A stretch of DNA of 63,701 nt, filler included, from Salisapilia sapeloensis CBS 127946 (Eukaryota > Protista > Oomycota): NCBI GenBank assembly GCA_023334545.1. It is 5 parts of 5 records of this genome, joined end to end, with 100 filler letters (N's around TTAATTAATTAA, not from the genome) between each part and the next. Parts side by side here need not be neighbours in the genome. Positions count along the whole stretch, not along the records: positions 25,584 to 57,244 come from JAADVB010000217.1; 4 more parts are not named here. One strand, written 5' to 3'. A program made the translations under genes and the position numbers. The notes beneath the pieces are model-generated. The model made no database searches, was not told where the DNA came from, and worked only from the letters and a program-made list of their open reading frames with translations. The stretch's first letter is position 1. Each line of letters begins with the position of its first letter. Positions 33,521 to 45,000 of this stretch are shown one piece after another.

Positions 33521-34962
33521 CTAGTACAAGAGCTGCCGACCGATTGGATGAGTCAAGAAAGCCTCGTCAATTTCTTCATCCGAGCATTGGAGCTCGATCT
33601 TGGGATATCTGGCGGACTTATCTCGAATCCGACGTACAAGACCTGATCGTTCCAGCTCGTCACATATCCAAAGTAACTGACTTGGTCGCGGCCTTGGCTT
33701 GAAGTTACGAGTTTTACATTGGATGTCAAATCGCTCGACGATGTTCTCAAACTCTCCTTCTGATCGATGACTTGTCCTCGTTTCTGCTCGCAACGCCAAG
33801 AGAAAGACACATTCAAATTTACTCGCTCTCTTTAATCGCACCAAAAGAGCTGAAGTCGTCATCTCATCTTGCACTCTTTGCAAATCATTTTCTGTCACAT
33901 ATTGCTCAGTCGATTCTTTAGCTTCACGCAAACGACGAAGACAGATATCCACTGCTTTACGACATATTGTTAGTGCCTGTCGAACGTCTCCAGATTGGTG
34001 AGAGACTGTTTTGGCACATAGTTGGATCGCGTCTTCACTAAAAACTTGGAGTCGTTGCAACCGTTGCTCGATGATTTCTTGCAACTGGTCTTTGCTGTAA
34101 GCAGGGAAGATGATACGCTGTCCACTCATGCGACTACGAATTTTGGACGGCATGCGTTCTGGGAGATCCATCGTATTGGCAATACCAACGAGCACAAGTT
34201 TCGAGTGGGGAAGTAGCTGCCACTCTAGCAGATTGTACAATACTTCGTTTTTACCGGCCACTAGGAAGTCTAATTCATCTAGCAATACTATCAAGACTGG
34301 GCGAGTTGAGGATGGAGTTGCGAATAATGAATGCAGAGCTGTAGCCAACTTGGCAGCGCCGCGAGTTTTCTACAGACAATAATTTACATAATGTACTTAC
34401 TGTTGATGTAAAAAGTGGTTCTCAATACCTTGCTATCTTCTGGATGTAGAGCTTGCCAAATGATGTTGTATGTTACATCAGGTTTGGGCATGTGCATGCC
34501 ATTTACCTCGACGCAGTTGAATGGTGGAAGGTAGTCCTCTGACTCGGACGAATTATCCGATTTAAGGGAACGGAGGACGTCTTTGACAATCGAAGTTTTA
34601 CCGACACCCGGTAATCCGCTAATGTAGATAAATCCGTTGTCATCACGCTGAGATTCAACGGATGAACGTAGCATACTCCAAATGAGCGTTCGCTCCGTCT
34701 CACGCCCGACCATCGCTTCTTTCGGTAAACTAGATAGTTGCAGCTCTTTCGCAGCATTTTGCAATTGAGATGTTGTAGTAGAGTCAACTGAACGAGGTTT
34801 CTTCGATTGACTAGATGACTCATTATCACTTTGACGAGATCGTTTGGACGCACTGCTTTCGGCATTCATCGAGGTGTCGCTAGAGGCCTTCATAGACTTT
34901 ATTAGTACACTAAAATTTGAAAATACAGCTTCTGCAGTTAGTGAAGCATTTAAAACGGACAT
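33521..34962 (-). CDS. ORC1: Origin recognition complex subunit 1 (AAA+ and winged helix), at least 2 exons, 5' end uncertain
   Basis: Walker A YISGLPGVGKT, EVNGM, Walker B LLDELD, YNLLEW, IANTMDLPER, SRMSGQRIIFPAYS, GDVRQAL. CDC6 is the alternative call. Confidence 0.8.
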
Positions 34963-35096
34963 TGAAGGATGTAGTGGAGTCTACAGGTGCGGTGTTGTCT
35001 GGATTAGCTACTTTCATGGCGAAAACTACTTCCTTGTCAAAGTAGTTTGTTTGTGGCATTTTATATAGAAATGTATACATCTTGGACAATGAAATA

Positions 35097-35114
35097 GCTA
35101 AATGCGAATTGAGC
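35097..35114 (-). promoter_or_regulatory. Oomycete INR+FPR-like core promoter motif upstream of ORC1
   Basis: Minus strand GCTCAATTCGCATTTAGC resembles the oomycete consensus GCTCATTYBNNNWTTY. It lies in the short ORC1/RAD1 divergent gap. Confidence 0.5.
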
Positions 35115-35202
35115 AACTAAGAGCTCTCTGCGCACCAATACACTTCTCTAGAATTTATTAGCAAGCCTTAGGAGTCGTCCAGAATAGTACTAGTGTATTG
35201 AA

Positions 35203-36243
35203 ATGGCTGGAATTGATGCGAATATCGGCCATGATGATGTGGATGGTGTGAATGAAGCAAGTTTCGAGTGCTCTGCTACTAGTGTCAAGGTACTGGTGAC
35301 TCTGCTGGGCTGTCTACTGCACAGCAAAAGCGAAGAGCGCGTACGATGCAATGCTGATGAAGGAGGCTTACTATTTACATCATATTCTCGGGGTAAATCA
35401 CTACAAGTCAAGACATCCTTGAACAAGGAATTGTTTGAGAGCTACAAGTTTGTTGCTGGATCTACGACTGAGAATACACAGGACGGAGACATGGACGAAG
35501 AACTCACATTTTCATTAGACCTGACTTTGCTAATCGAGTGTTTGTCCGTATTCGGTCAAAGTGCTCTATCCACCAGTTCTCTTCAGATGCGCTACGTGCC
35601 CCAGGTACCATTCTCACAGATACAATCGTACCCGTATAAGCTCAATTTATTTTATGCTCGATGACTATAGACAGCAAAGCTGTTATTAGCAGTTGAGGAG
35701 AATGGTGTTATGTGTGAAAGTGCGATCCAGGTCCTTGAGACGGAGGGTGACGACGTTGGTCAAATGGATTTTGAGACGTACTTTGAAAGCTCTGCGGTCG
35801 TTGGTCGATGCATCATCCAGTCTCTGCCTCTTCATGAAGCCTTTGCAGAGCTCTATGATCTCCCAAGTGCTGCTAACGTGATGATTGCGATGCAAGATCC
35901 GACGAATCCCGATCTTGTAAACAGTAGCAATGTATCCACATCATCTCTAAGTCTCAGCGCAAAGTCGGAAACTGGCTCGTGCGAAATTGAATTTGCATCG
36001 AACTCATCTGCTTTCATTGAGTACTCCTGTAGTGCAGAAGCAGGTAGATGCGAAGCTTCCTTTCATGTCGCTGTACTCCAGCATGCTTTTAAGGCTTTGA
36101 CTCATTCAAACGAAACGTTCTTGCGCATGAACGAGCACGGATTTCTGTCCGTCCAACACATGATTGAAACTTCGTCAGGAGAAAAAGCCTTTGTGGACGC
36201 TCTCATTTGCCCAGAGGAGATTCCGGACGAAGCTACACAGTAG
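35203..36243 (+). CDS. RAD1: 9-1-1 checkpoint clamp subunit RAD1, 2 exons
   Basis: PCNA-like fold motifs LQVKTSLNKELFESY, LLIECLSVFG, LHEAFAELYD, GSCEIEF, LQHAFKAL, RMNEHGFLSVQHMI. Confidence 0.8.
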
Positions 36244-36920
36244 AATTCAATAGCAAAGTTACCACGAGGAAGCGTTTCTTTTCATTTGAGTTTTAGCCAC
36301 GGCTATGCAGTTATGGAGTGAAAGACTAAATGTAACACCAGGACGCGTTACAACGATGCACATTTCAATGTAATGCGTAAACGTAGGGAGGGAGGACCGC
36401 GCTGGACATGGCCTTATGAGATAATTTCGCCATGGTCAGGAGAATATGAATACAATTGGCGTACAGAAAGCGGTTCAAGTTCTACTTTAGCTGCATGAGC
36501 CATGGTGTTAAGTAGACAGTTACCTTAAAAAGTCTTTTTGAGCATGTGAAGCAATTTCGGATATTTGCCACCCAAATGGCTGCAATAAACTTATACATGA
36601 ATTGTTTTTGATGGAGAATAGGAGCCGACCAACGTTTCTACTAAGCCATACACACATCACTTGTACCGGTATTTTTATGCAGCTGAAGCTTATTTACGAT
36701 GGAAGCGATGTAATGTAAATTATAGTTGAAGAGTATCATTCGATTAACCCATAATGCTGGGAGTTTATTTAATTAAAACGCCGTGAACTTGTAGATTTTC
36801 ATTGAAGCATGCATTGGAAAGTATAAAGTAGTGCTTTAAATTGAGAACTGGAAACAATGTTGCTCCATTTATAACGCTTCGTATTGAATCAAGATATGCA
36901 AAACTACAGCGAAGGTATCC

Positions 36921-38390
36921 CTACGCAGCAATAGCTGCGACCTTCTGTCTCTTTGGTAAGAACTGCACGTGGCAAATTTCGCTCACTTCCTCAATCACAT
37001 TCAGAGCTTTGTCCAAATCCTCGCGTTTGTGAGCAGCAGATACACAGATGCGCACACGACCAAGGAGCACAGGAATAGCAGGGAATGCCACCGTCACGAC
37101 AGCAACGCCACGCTTCATGCATTCCTTGTTGAATTGTCGAACTTTTGACATGTGATAAAGCATGACAGGGATGACGGGAGAGTCAAAGTGGCCGAGCGTA
37201 ACGAGTCCCATGTCCATCAGTCGCTGACGGACGTAGTTGCAGTTGTTACGGAGAGAGTCGAGTTTCTGTCGACCAAGCGTCGTGCCATCCTTGCCTTCCA
37301 CCATCTTCAATGCTGTCAACACTTGCTGGATGACCGTGACAGACAGGATGGGCGAGTACATGGCACCACGACTCGCTCGACGGATGTGGTCGCAGATTTC
37401 TTTCGACGACGCGACGTAGCCACCAACACCTGCGAAACTCTTGCTGAAAGTACCCATCAGGATGTCAATTTCACTCGGGTCGACACCAGTCTGCTCACAG
37501 ACACCTCGACCATTCTTGCCAAGTGCACCAATGGAGTGAGCTTCATCCACATAAATGTATGCTTTATACTTTTTGCAAGCATCAACCATGCCCCGAAGGT
37601 CGACAATTTCACCTTCCATGGAGTAAATGCCTTCCACCATGACAAGAATCTTGGTCCATGCACGTCCTGTCTTTGGCTGACCTTCAGCAATTTTGCGACG
37701 AAGGAGCTTTTCCAAGTACTTTGGATCGTTGTGTTTCAGCACAGCGATGACTGCTCCAGAGTCACGGGAACCATTGACGATAGACGTATGGTTGAGAGCG
37801 TCACTGATGATCAAAGATCCTTTGCCCATAAGTGTTGGGATTGAAGTCGCGTTCGTACCGTAGCCCATGGTGCAGACCACAGCATCTGGCTTCCCGACAT
37901 AGGCAGCAACTTCACGCTCGAGTTCTTCGTGCAGCGGTGTGGTGCCAAAGTCCATGTTCGAAGAACTGCTGGCATGACCATACTTGTCGATCGCAGCAAA
38001 GACATCTTTGCTGCAAGTGGACATCCAGTCGTCAGCAAAGCCGAGGTTGTTGTAAGAGCCCATGTTGATACAAGTTTGGACTTCATCCGTCGAAATGAAC
38101 GTTTTGTTTCCATCAAGAGTATATCGCTTGACTACATCGACATTGGCAGTCGGTGGACCAGCGATGGGATGGTTAAAGCAATCGGAGAAACGCTCGTAGA
38201 AGCGACGAGTGTAGAAACTTGAGAACGAGTCGAGCAAAGGAGCATAGCCTTTCGGTGTATGGACATTGTACCGAGAGATTCCAGTAATGCCTCCAAGCAA
38301 GTCACGCAGTCGGCCAAAGAAAAGCACGACGAGATATTGCAAGTAGCAAAGGACTTTCGCGACTGGCGGGACTTCCTCTGCAGTCAGCAT
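36921..38390 (-). CDS. LCB2: Serine palmitoyltransferase LCB2 subunit, paralog B (intronless, divergent)
   Basis: GYAPLLDSFSSFYTRR, NMGSYNNLGFA, SDALNHTSI, VEGIYSMEG, YVDEAHSIG, MGTFSKSFA, DSPVIP. Confidence 0.92.
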   Translation of the reverse strand: MLTAEEVPPVAKVLCYLQYLVVLFFGRLRDLLGGITGISRYNVHTPKGYAPLLDSFSSFYTRRFYERFSDCFNHPIAGPPTANVDVVKRYTLDGNKTFISTDEVQTCINMGSYNNLGFADDWMSTCSKDVFAAIDKYGHASSSSNMDFGTTPLHEELEREVAAYVGKPDAVVCTMGYGTNATSIPTLMGKGSLIISDALNHTSIVNGSRDSGAVIAVLKHNDPKYLEKLLRRKIAEGQPKTGRAWTKILVMVEGIYSMEGEIVDLRGMVDACKKYKAYIYVDEAHSIGALGKNGRGVCEQTGVDPSEIDILMGTFSKSFAGVGGYVASSKEICDHIRRASRGAMYSPILSVTVIQQVLTALKMVEGKDGTTLGRQKLDSLRNNCNYVRQRLMDMGLVTLGHFDSPVIPVMLYHMSKVRQFNKECMKRGVAVVTVAFPAIPVLLGRVRICVSAAHKREDLDKALNVIEEVSEICHVQFLPKRQKVAAIAA

Positions 38391-38434
38391 ATTTCCAATT
38401 GGCGATTGACCTAAGCGCTTGAGCTGTTGCGGAC

Positions 38435-38448
38435 GAAATGGAAAGTGA
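38435..38448 (-). promoter_or_regulatory. Oomycete INR+FPR core promoter motif for LCB2-B
   Basis: Minus strand TCACTTT-CCA-TTTC fits YCAYTYB-NNN-WTTY, about 45 nt upstream of the ATG. Confidence 0.55.
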
Positions 38449-39052
38449 AGTGTTGTGGAGCTAAAAGCGACTAAATAAAAACAGTAGTATCATGCCATGC
38501 AGGTGTCACCAGGTAAGCTCTATTTAATGGCGTCAGTACATCTCTGATGCCTGCGATAGTACACGACTGAAATGACTTGTTGTGGCATTGCGTTTCGCAT
38601 AAGAGGACTACTTGACCGAGGATTTACCTCGATGAAATGAGCATGTAGTAAACATTAAAAGTAGGTGACACCGACACAGGTTCATATGTAGCAAGATAAA
38701 TTCCCCTTCAAACAATGAAGACAGATAAAGATTAAAGATCATGCAGTGCATAGCCATAAAGATTACGCTGCACTCTCATGCACGAAACATAGAAACTGGT
38801 GCGATCTTTTCTAATGTTCACGAAACACAGATGAATGGCCATCCGAGGTACTTGCAAACAAGACGAAGGGAATTGAAAGATCATTTCAGTTTGTTTTGGA
38901 GGTATCATTTAAGGTAGCTTCAAAGTGCGCACGAGGAGGCGTCGATTCTAAACTTCAAGATACCTTTTAATCCAATCTCATGTCTTTAATCTGATTTTGG
39001 CCAATCGAAGGAGTACCTCACAACGCCGCAACGCAGTGTCAAAGGTCGCGTG

Positions 39053-42000
39053 ATGGATGGGGCTGGCATCCAACTGTCGAGATCGCAGCCAGCAGCGAAT
39101 ATCGTCTCAACGGAATGTCTCGATGATATGAAAGATAGTGCGCTACTTGCTTCCGTCGCTAGCATCGACATCTCTTCTACTAAGAGGTTAAGTTCGGATG
39201 AAGTCCTGTGGACTGCCCATCGCGTGCTTGGACAAGATGATGCGAGCGTCTATTTGCGAGGTACTGTACTAATGATGTCTGTTCCCTTCGAACTTGTTGA
39301 GACATTCTGATGTGGTCTCTCTGGGATTTCTGCTGTAGCGTTGGCCGCACGCGTCTTGGCAATTTCGATCGTGACGGATCCGTCGTTGCGTAGCCATCTT
39401 GATCAAGAATCTCTTCTACCACAATTAGTCGAACTTGTGCGTGCATTGCGCTCAATCAAAAAGCGCAATGCCGACACGAACAGAGCAACCGTGAATTGCT
39501 GTTTAGCTGTTGCCTTGTTAATGCAAACGACTGGTACAGAGCATGAAAATCCTCCGAATGAGTAGATATCTAATTCTTCTTTCTGTAGACAGATATTCTT
39601 ATACGAGTACCATGCCGATTGCTTTCGATTCAGATATACTGGTGATGCCAGAAAAACCAATAGAGTTAGGTAGTGAACAGCTACATTTGACAGCCAGTCG
39701 GTTATTACAGAGACGTCTTGAGCCTCCTTCAGCGGTGCAAGAACCTCAACCAGTGATCCAAAGAACCAGGTCAGTCGTCCAAAGACCCAAGCCAGTGGTC
39801 CAAAAGCCACTACTTGTTAAAAGTAGAAAGCTCCCTGCCAAGAGAAAGCCTCGTATAAATAACTGGATCGAGCAGGAAGAGATTCAAGAAAAAGAAGAAC
39901 GAAAGAAACAGCCGACAAAAGAAACGGAAGTAAATTCTTTTCAGGATGTAGATGAAAACCCTAGATTTCTGCCAACACCTCATCGAGTATTTCAATTCGA
40001 CCGGTATCGAGTCATTACGCCGATGTTTGTAAAGCCAGAAGGATATCAGCCGACACGTCTGACACCTCTACATGTTGTATCACCTGGCGGAGAACAAGAA
40101 AGAGCTTCTCGGATGACAGTATCTCCTTTAGAATTAGCAGAAAGTAATATGGAGTCAAACAATGCTCAAGAAGCTACTTCCATGAGCACTTTAGACGATA
40201 TCGAAGCGAATACGTTTGACTTTTCAGCCTCTCGTTTACATTCAGCATCTGAAGCGCTACTAGGAGCGAAAGAAATGCTTCATTTGCTTGAGCAGAAAGA
40301 GATGCCGATATCTTCTCATCGTCGCATATTCCAGGAAGGCACTCCTGATCGTGAATGGCTACGAAAAAGGCCTCATTCACCTACAAGAACAAAACGAATG
40401 CCTTGGTCTGTATGGAGAGACAGCTTTCAGGAATATCCAGAAGCAGTCGAAGACGATCCGAATGATCCAATGGCGATATCTACATCTTATAAGGCAGTGC
40501 CAAGTCGTGAGTTGAAGACCACTTCCCCAAGATCACCATCCTCACGTATTCTGTCCTCATTCTCACAAGATAATCGACATGCATTTGAGCTAGAAACACC
40601 AGCGGAGAAGCGGATGAGGCTAAAAACGATTCTCTCTCTTCCCTCCAATCGTTCCAACACAGCAAATCCATCGATCGATTCCTATGCATCTGAACTAGCT
40701 CAATTAAAAGTTGAAGAAGCACGTCTTCGTCAAGAAATGAAAGACACGATGCAGGCACAAGCTGATCACTTACCTCTACGTTATTTATTTAAGTTACCAG
40801 GCGGCGCAGCTTACTGCCGACATCGAATGCAGCGAGCTATATCGAGGTGGATACTCGCATTTGAAGACGATCAGAAACGGCTAGCTTTATCCCAATGGAA
40901 AGCATGTGTAGAGCATCTCCGATACCAAGAGCGAGGTCGTCTCTATCGTCGCCTGGCTGGTGGTAAACGAGTAAAGGCATCCTTGGAGCTCATATTGCAT
41001 CGACAATTGCAGCAAGGGTTTTTAAAGTGGGTAGACTCGGCTCAGTTGGCAATATGGGAATCGAGAGATAGTGCTGTTCGAACGATTCAGACGAGTGCTC
41101 GGAGGTTATTTGGTTTACATCGTTTTTTACAAATGCATGCAAAAGGAACATTTTTAAATCCACATTTTGCTGATATGTACCTCGCACCGGAGCGACAAGT
41201 ACAGTTTCAAATACCTGTTTCCGTCCGTATAGCACGAAGAAAAGTATGGTATGCTTGTGTAAATGTGCAGCAACAGTATCGTTGGATCCGATGGAAGCGA
41301 TATTGGCACATGCATCGACAAGCTGCGATTAAGATGCAAGCTGGAATACGCATGCGCATCCAACGCATGAAGTATCTTCAAGTTCGACGAGACTTCATAA
41401 AGCTACAGGCAGTCTATCGTATGCATCTAAAGTATATCGTTTATCATGTATTACGAGAAGCGACTATACTGCTACAACGCAACTTTCGCTTTGTTCGAGT
41501 TCGACGACTCAAGCGTTTGATCCAGTTGATGCAATGGCGCGAGCATCAGAAACAACTGACTGCAACGATCCTCCTGCAGCGGATAGCTAGAGGATTCTTA
41601 GGACGTATCGCCGCGAGACTTATGTATAAAGAGCGACAGGAAGAACATTATGCAGCTCTACTAGTACAAAGGTGCTGGTATCGCCGGAATAATGAATGGT
41701 CAACCTTTTTGCTACTGGGTTGTCTACGCGAAAAAGGGAATGAAGAGGATGCATTTGACCGAGGTGTGCGTGTTTTCACGATCCATCATGCTGCTAAAAA
41801 GATCCAAAGACAATATCAAATATACATTACGACAAAGAAAAACGCTGCTGCCATTCTGATGCAAAAGCATTTTCGACGTTGTATTGCTGTCATGATTGTC
41901 TGTCAAAAGCGATTGGAGCTCATGTCGATGCGAAAAATGAAGTGGTGTCTTCATTTCGCATTGATCCGTCGAAATGTCCATGCAAAAAAAATACAATTTG

Positions 42001-45000
42001 CTTGGCTACGTGCAGGTGGAAGGATGTATCACCATTTGCATCACAAACGACTAGTACTTGTTGAAGCGAAGGTGAAAGCTATGTATCATCGCTTGTATGA
42101 TGCAGCGACAGTCATGCAAGCTATAGTACGAGGAAAGTTCGGAAGGATAATAGCTCGAAGAGAACGTAGTGCAAGGAAGCTTCAGTTTACTATACGTAAA
42201 TTTCTCTATTGGAAGCACGTGCGAGCTGAAGTAGCAAGAAGGCGGCATTGCTTTGCTGAGCGTACGAGCAGAGAATGCATTAATGCTGGAATGAAGAGTG
42301 CTGTATACAAGATAGTCCTGATGCGTCGCAATGCAGCTACTCAAATCCAACGAATAGCTAGAGGTGTCCTAAATCGAATGAGGATGGTCTCAGCAACAAT
42401 TGCACAGGAGCGACGAGTGATGATGGTTTGCCGTATTCAGACACTTTGGCGAGCGAGTGGGAGCTATCGTCTAGCCAGGAAGATGATGGAAACGCATAAA
42501 AGGAAGGAAAAGAACCCATATTTAAATTGTACAAGCGTAGCAAACGTCTTGTCAGCAATGCTGTCTAGTGCTCACAAGTATTTTGACCCCATGGATGAAC
42601 TGAGTGGTATGGCTCTTTCTGCATGGTCACAACAACTTGGAATACATGCAGCATACTTTCATTTTTTTGAAAATGACGAAGAGCTGGCACATCGTGGTCC
42701 TGCAAAAGCGCTAGAATTCCTTCGGTCTATGCAACAGGATGACTGTCGCCATAAAGTCATGCAATTGGGAGTCGATAAGGGTGATCTGGAGTTGATCATG
42801 ACGAATCTTTATGCGAAGCAAACGCTTGACGAAGTAAAGGAAGCTAAGAAGAATGTGAAGCATCATATCCAGGTGTTCTCTACGTTTGAAAAAGCACAAG
42901 CGAATGCTCGATATCAACTAGAAGCACTAATTCAACGTCGTGATCAATGTCAAGAAACCCACGATGATATGGCCTTGGAAAGTCGTGATTTTCAAAACCT
43001 GCCACTAGGTCTTCGCCGACGGAAGGAGAAGATAATAGAAGAGCTACAAGAGCTACAGTCACGGATTCAAAAAGGCAAGTCTCATCTCGATAGTTGTGTA
43101 TCCAAATGTGAGATGCAGCAAAAGCGTGTCGATGAATTGCGACGACATGTACGTGATGCCTTGGAACCAAGAGAAGAGTCTGCAAATCATAGCTTGAAAT
43201 ACTTTAAACTGATTGAATCAGTCGATGTCGCTCGTGAATTATTTCTCGCCAAGTTCCCTCGACTAGAAGCTCGTGCACAGACGTTTGCGAAGTCATTAGA
43301 AGAAGTTCGAGTGTCTCGATTTCAACTTGTACGTTTCTTTCAAGAATGCGATACCATCTCGGAGGTAAAACAGAAGTTTTCGATGCTGACTAATGCCAAG
43401 TGCACGTCTGAAGTTGATCGTTTTAACTATAAGCGATTTCATGCTTGTGCTGATACGTTACAATACGGATGGGAACGAATTGCAGATCTATTGAATGTAT
43501 CATTTGATATGGCAGTTGATCCACGAGCTTATATGCGTTGCGGATATCTCGAAAGGTGTGCAATGGACGCAATTAATATGATTTTTACATCGAAGACAGG
43601 GTATGACAAGACAGTGGAGTGGCTTGGATTTGCTGAAGACATTTCGAAATTAAATCGATCGATCGAAACATTCCAAGCAATATATCGAGGCGTGCATACA
43701 AGGAAGCACTATAGTATTAATAAAAGTCAAGAGAAACGTAACCGAGTGATAGGAGAGTACCTTGAAGATTTCCATTTTGATCGAGTAACACCTTTGTGGC
43801 AGGCTGATCGCCGAAAGGAGGAACAGGAATTGGAAGAATGGTATAAGGAGAATGAAAAGGAGGAAAGAAAGCGTCATCTTTATCAAACACTACGATACTT
43901 GTATTCGGAAGAATGGAATGACCTTGTCCAGAGATATGTTTATTCGAAATGGGATGGCAAGGAATGGACGGAAACGCACTACGAGCGACCTGTGTATACT
44001 ATTGAAGAAGAAGACGCTGTGATTGTGATTCAAGCGCACTGTCGTCGTTTTCTGGCGCAAAGAGTGACTGAGCAACGAAGACGTGAAATGCATAAATGGA
44101 GGAAACGAGAGGTATATCGACAAAGTTGGGAAGCAAAGCAGAAGGAACGGGAGCGACTTGTAACGATGGATATTTCTTTAGACGCAAAAGTCAATGAGCG
44201 AAAGGAGATGGCAGATAAACAGCGAAGTGTCAACAAGAAGCCATCAACCGTAGGACTGAGAGCATCAACAAAAGATAATGTTCAGATTAAAGGATGGGAG
44301 ACATGGAGAAGTGGATGGGAGCAGCAAATACAATCAAGCTATCATGCAAGCGTACTTAGTCGCCATCGACGTAACATGGTATTCCCAGCTCCTGCCAGAC
44401 AACCGAACGTGCATGCGTCCGCAATTATGTCTCTATTAAACGATGCAGACGATTTTCGAACTACTTTTGCCCCGACAATATCTGCCACAATTACCATTCG
44501 TCATACAAAAGCTGTTCTTCGATTTGGATGGCAAGAAGTTTCGAATGGAGACTCGCCGTATTATGTGGACACTCTAACGTTGGATACGAGCTGGTCACCA
44601 TCATATTATGAATTTGACGAAGAGTATGCTACTTTAAAAGTTCAATCTATCGCTAGATGTCTTCTCGCGCGCATGAACCGATCCCAGTTACTTTGGTCGA
44701 TCGATCTAGTTGGTGAAGTAAAGTCTATGCTCGAAGAAAGCTCCAGAGTGGGCTGGATTGGCTTTGGACTGGAGGGAGTGAACACTCAAGCAATGCTTAC
44801 ACGCATGGGACTTGCACGCCACGCGCCTAACTTGGCGAAGCGATCAGTAGTAGAAGTTTTGAAAATACCTTCAATGAAGCTGAGTCAGAAAGGATGGACA
44901 CCAGAGGAGATTAAAGTCCTTGGTGATATTCCTCAAGCAATTCAGAGAAAGTATCCTCAGAGCCAAGAACAAATTGACCTTGATCCTGCTTTGTCGCATC

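Noticed and set aside
37152-37844. 230-aa plus-strand ORF
   Set aside because: Antisense shadow of LCB2-B with no motifs.
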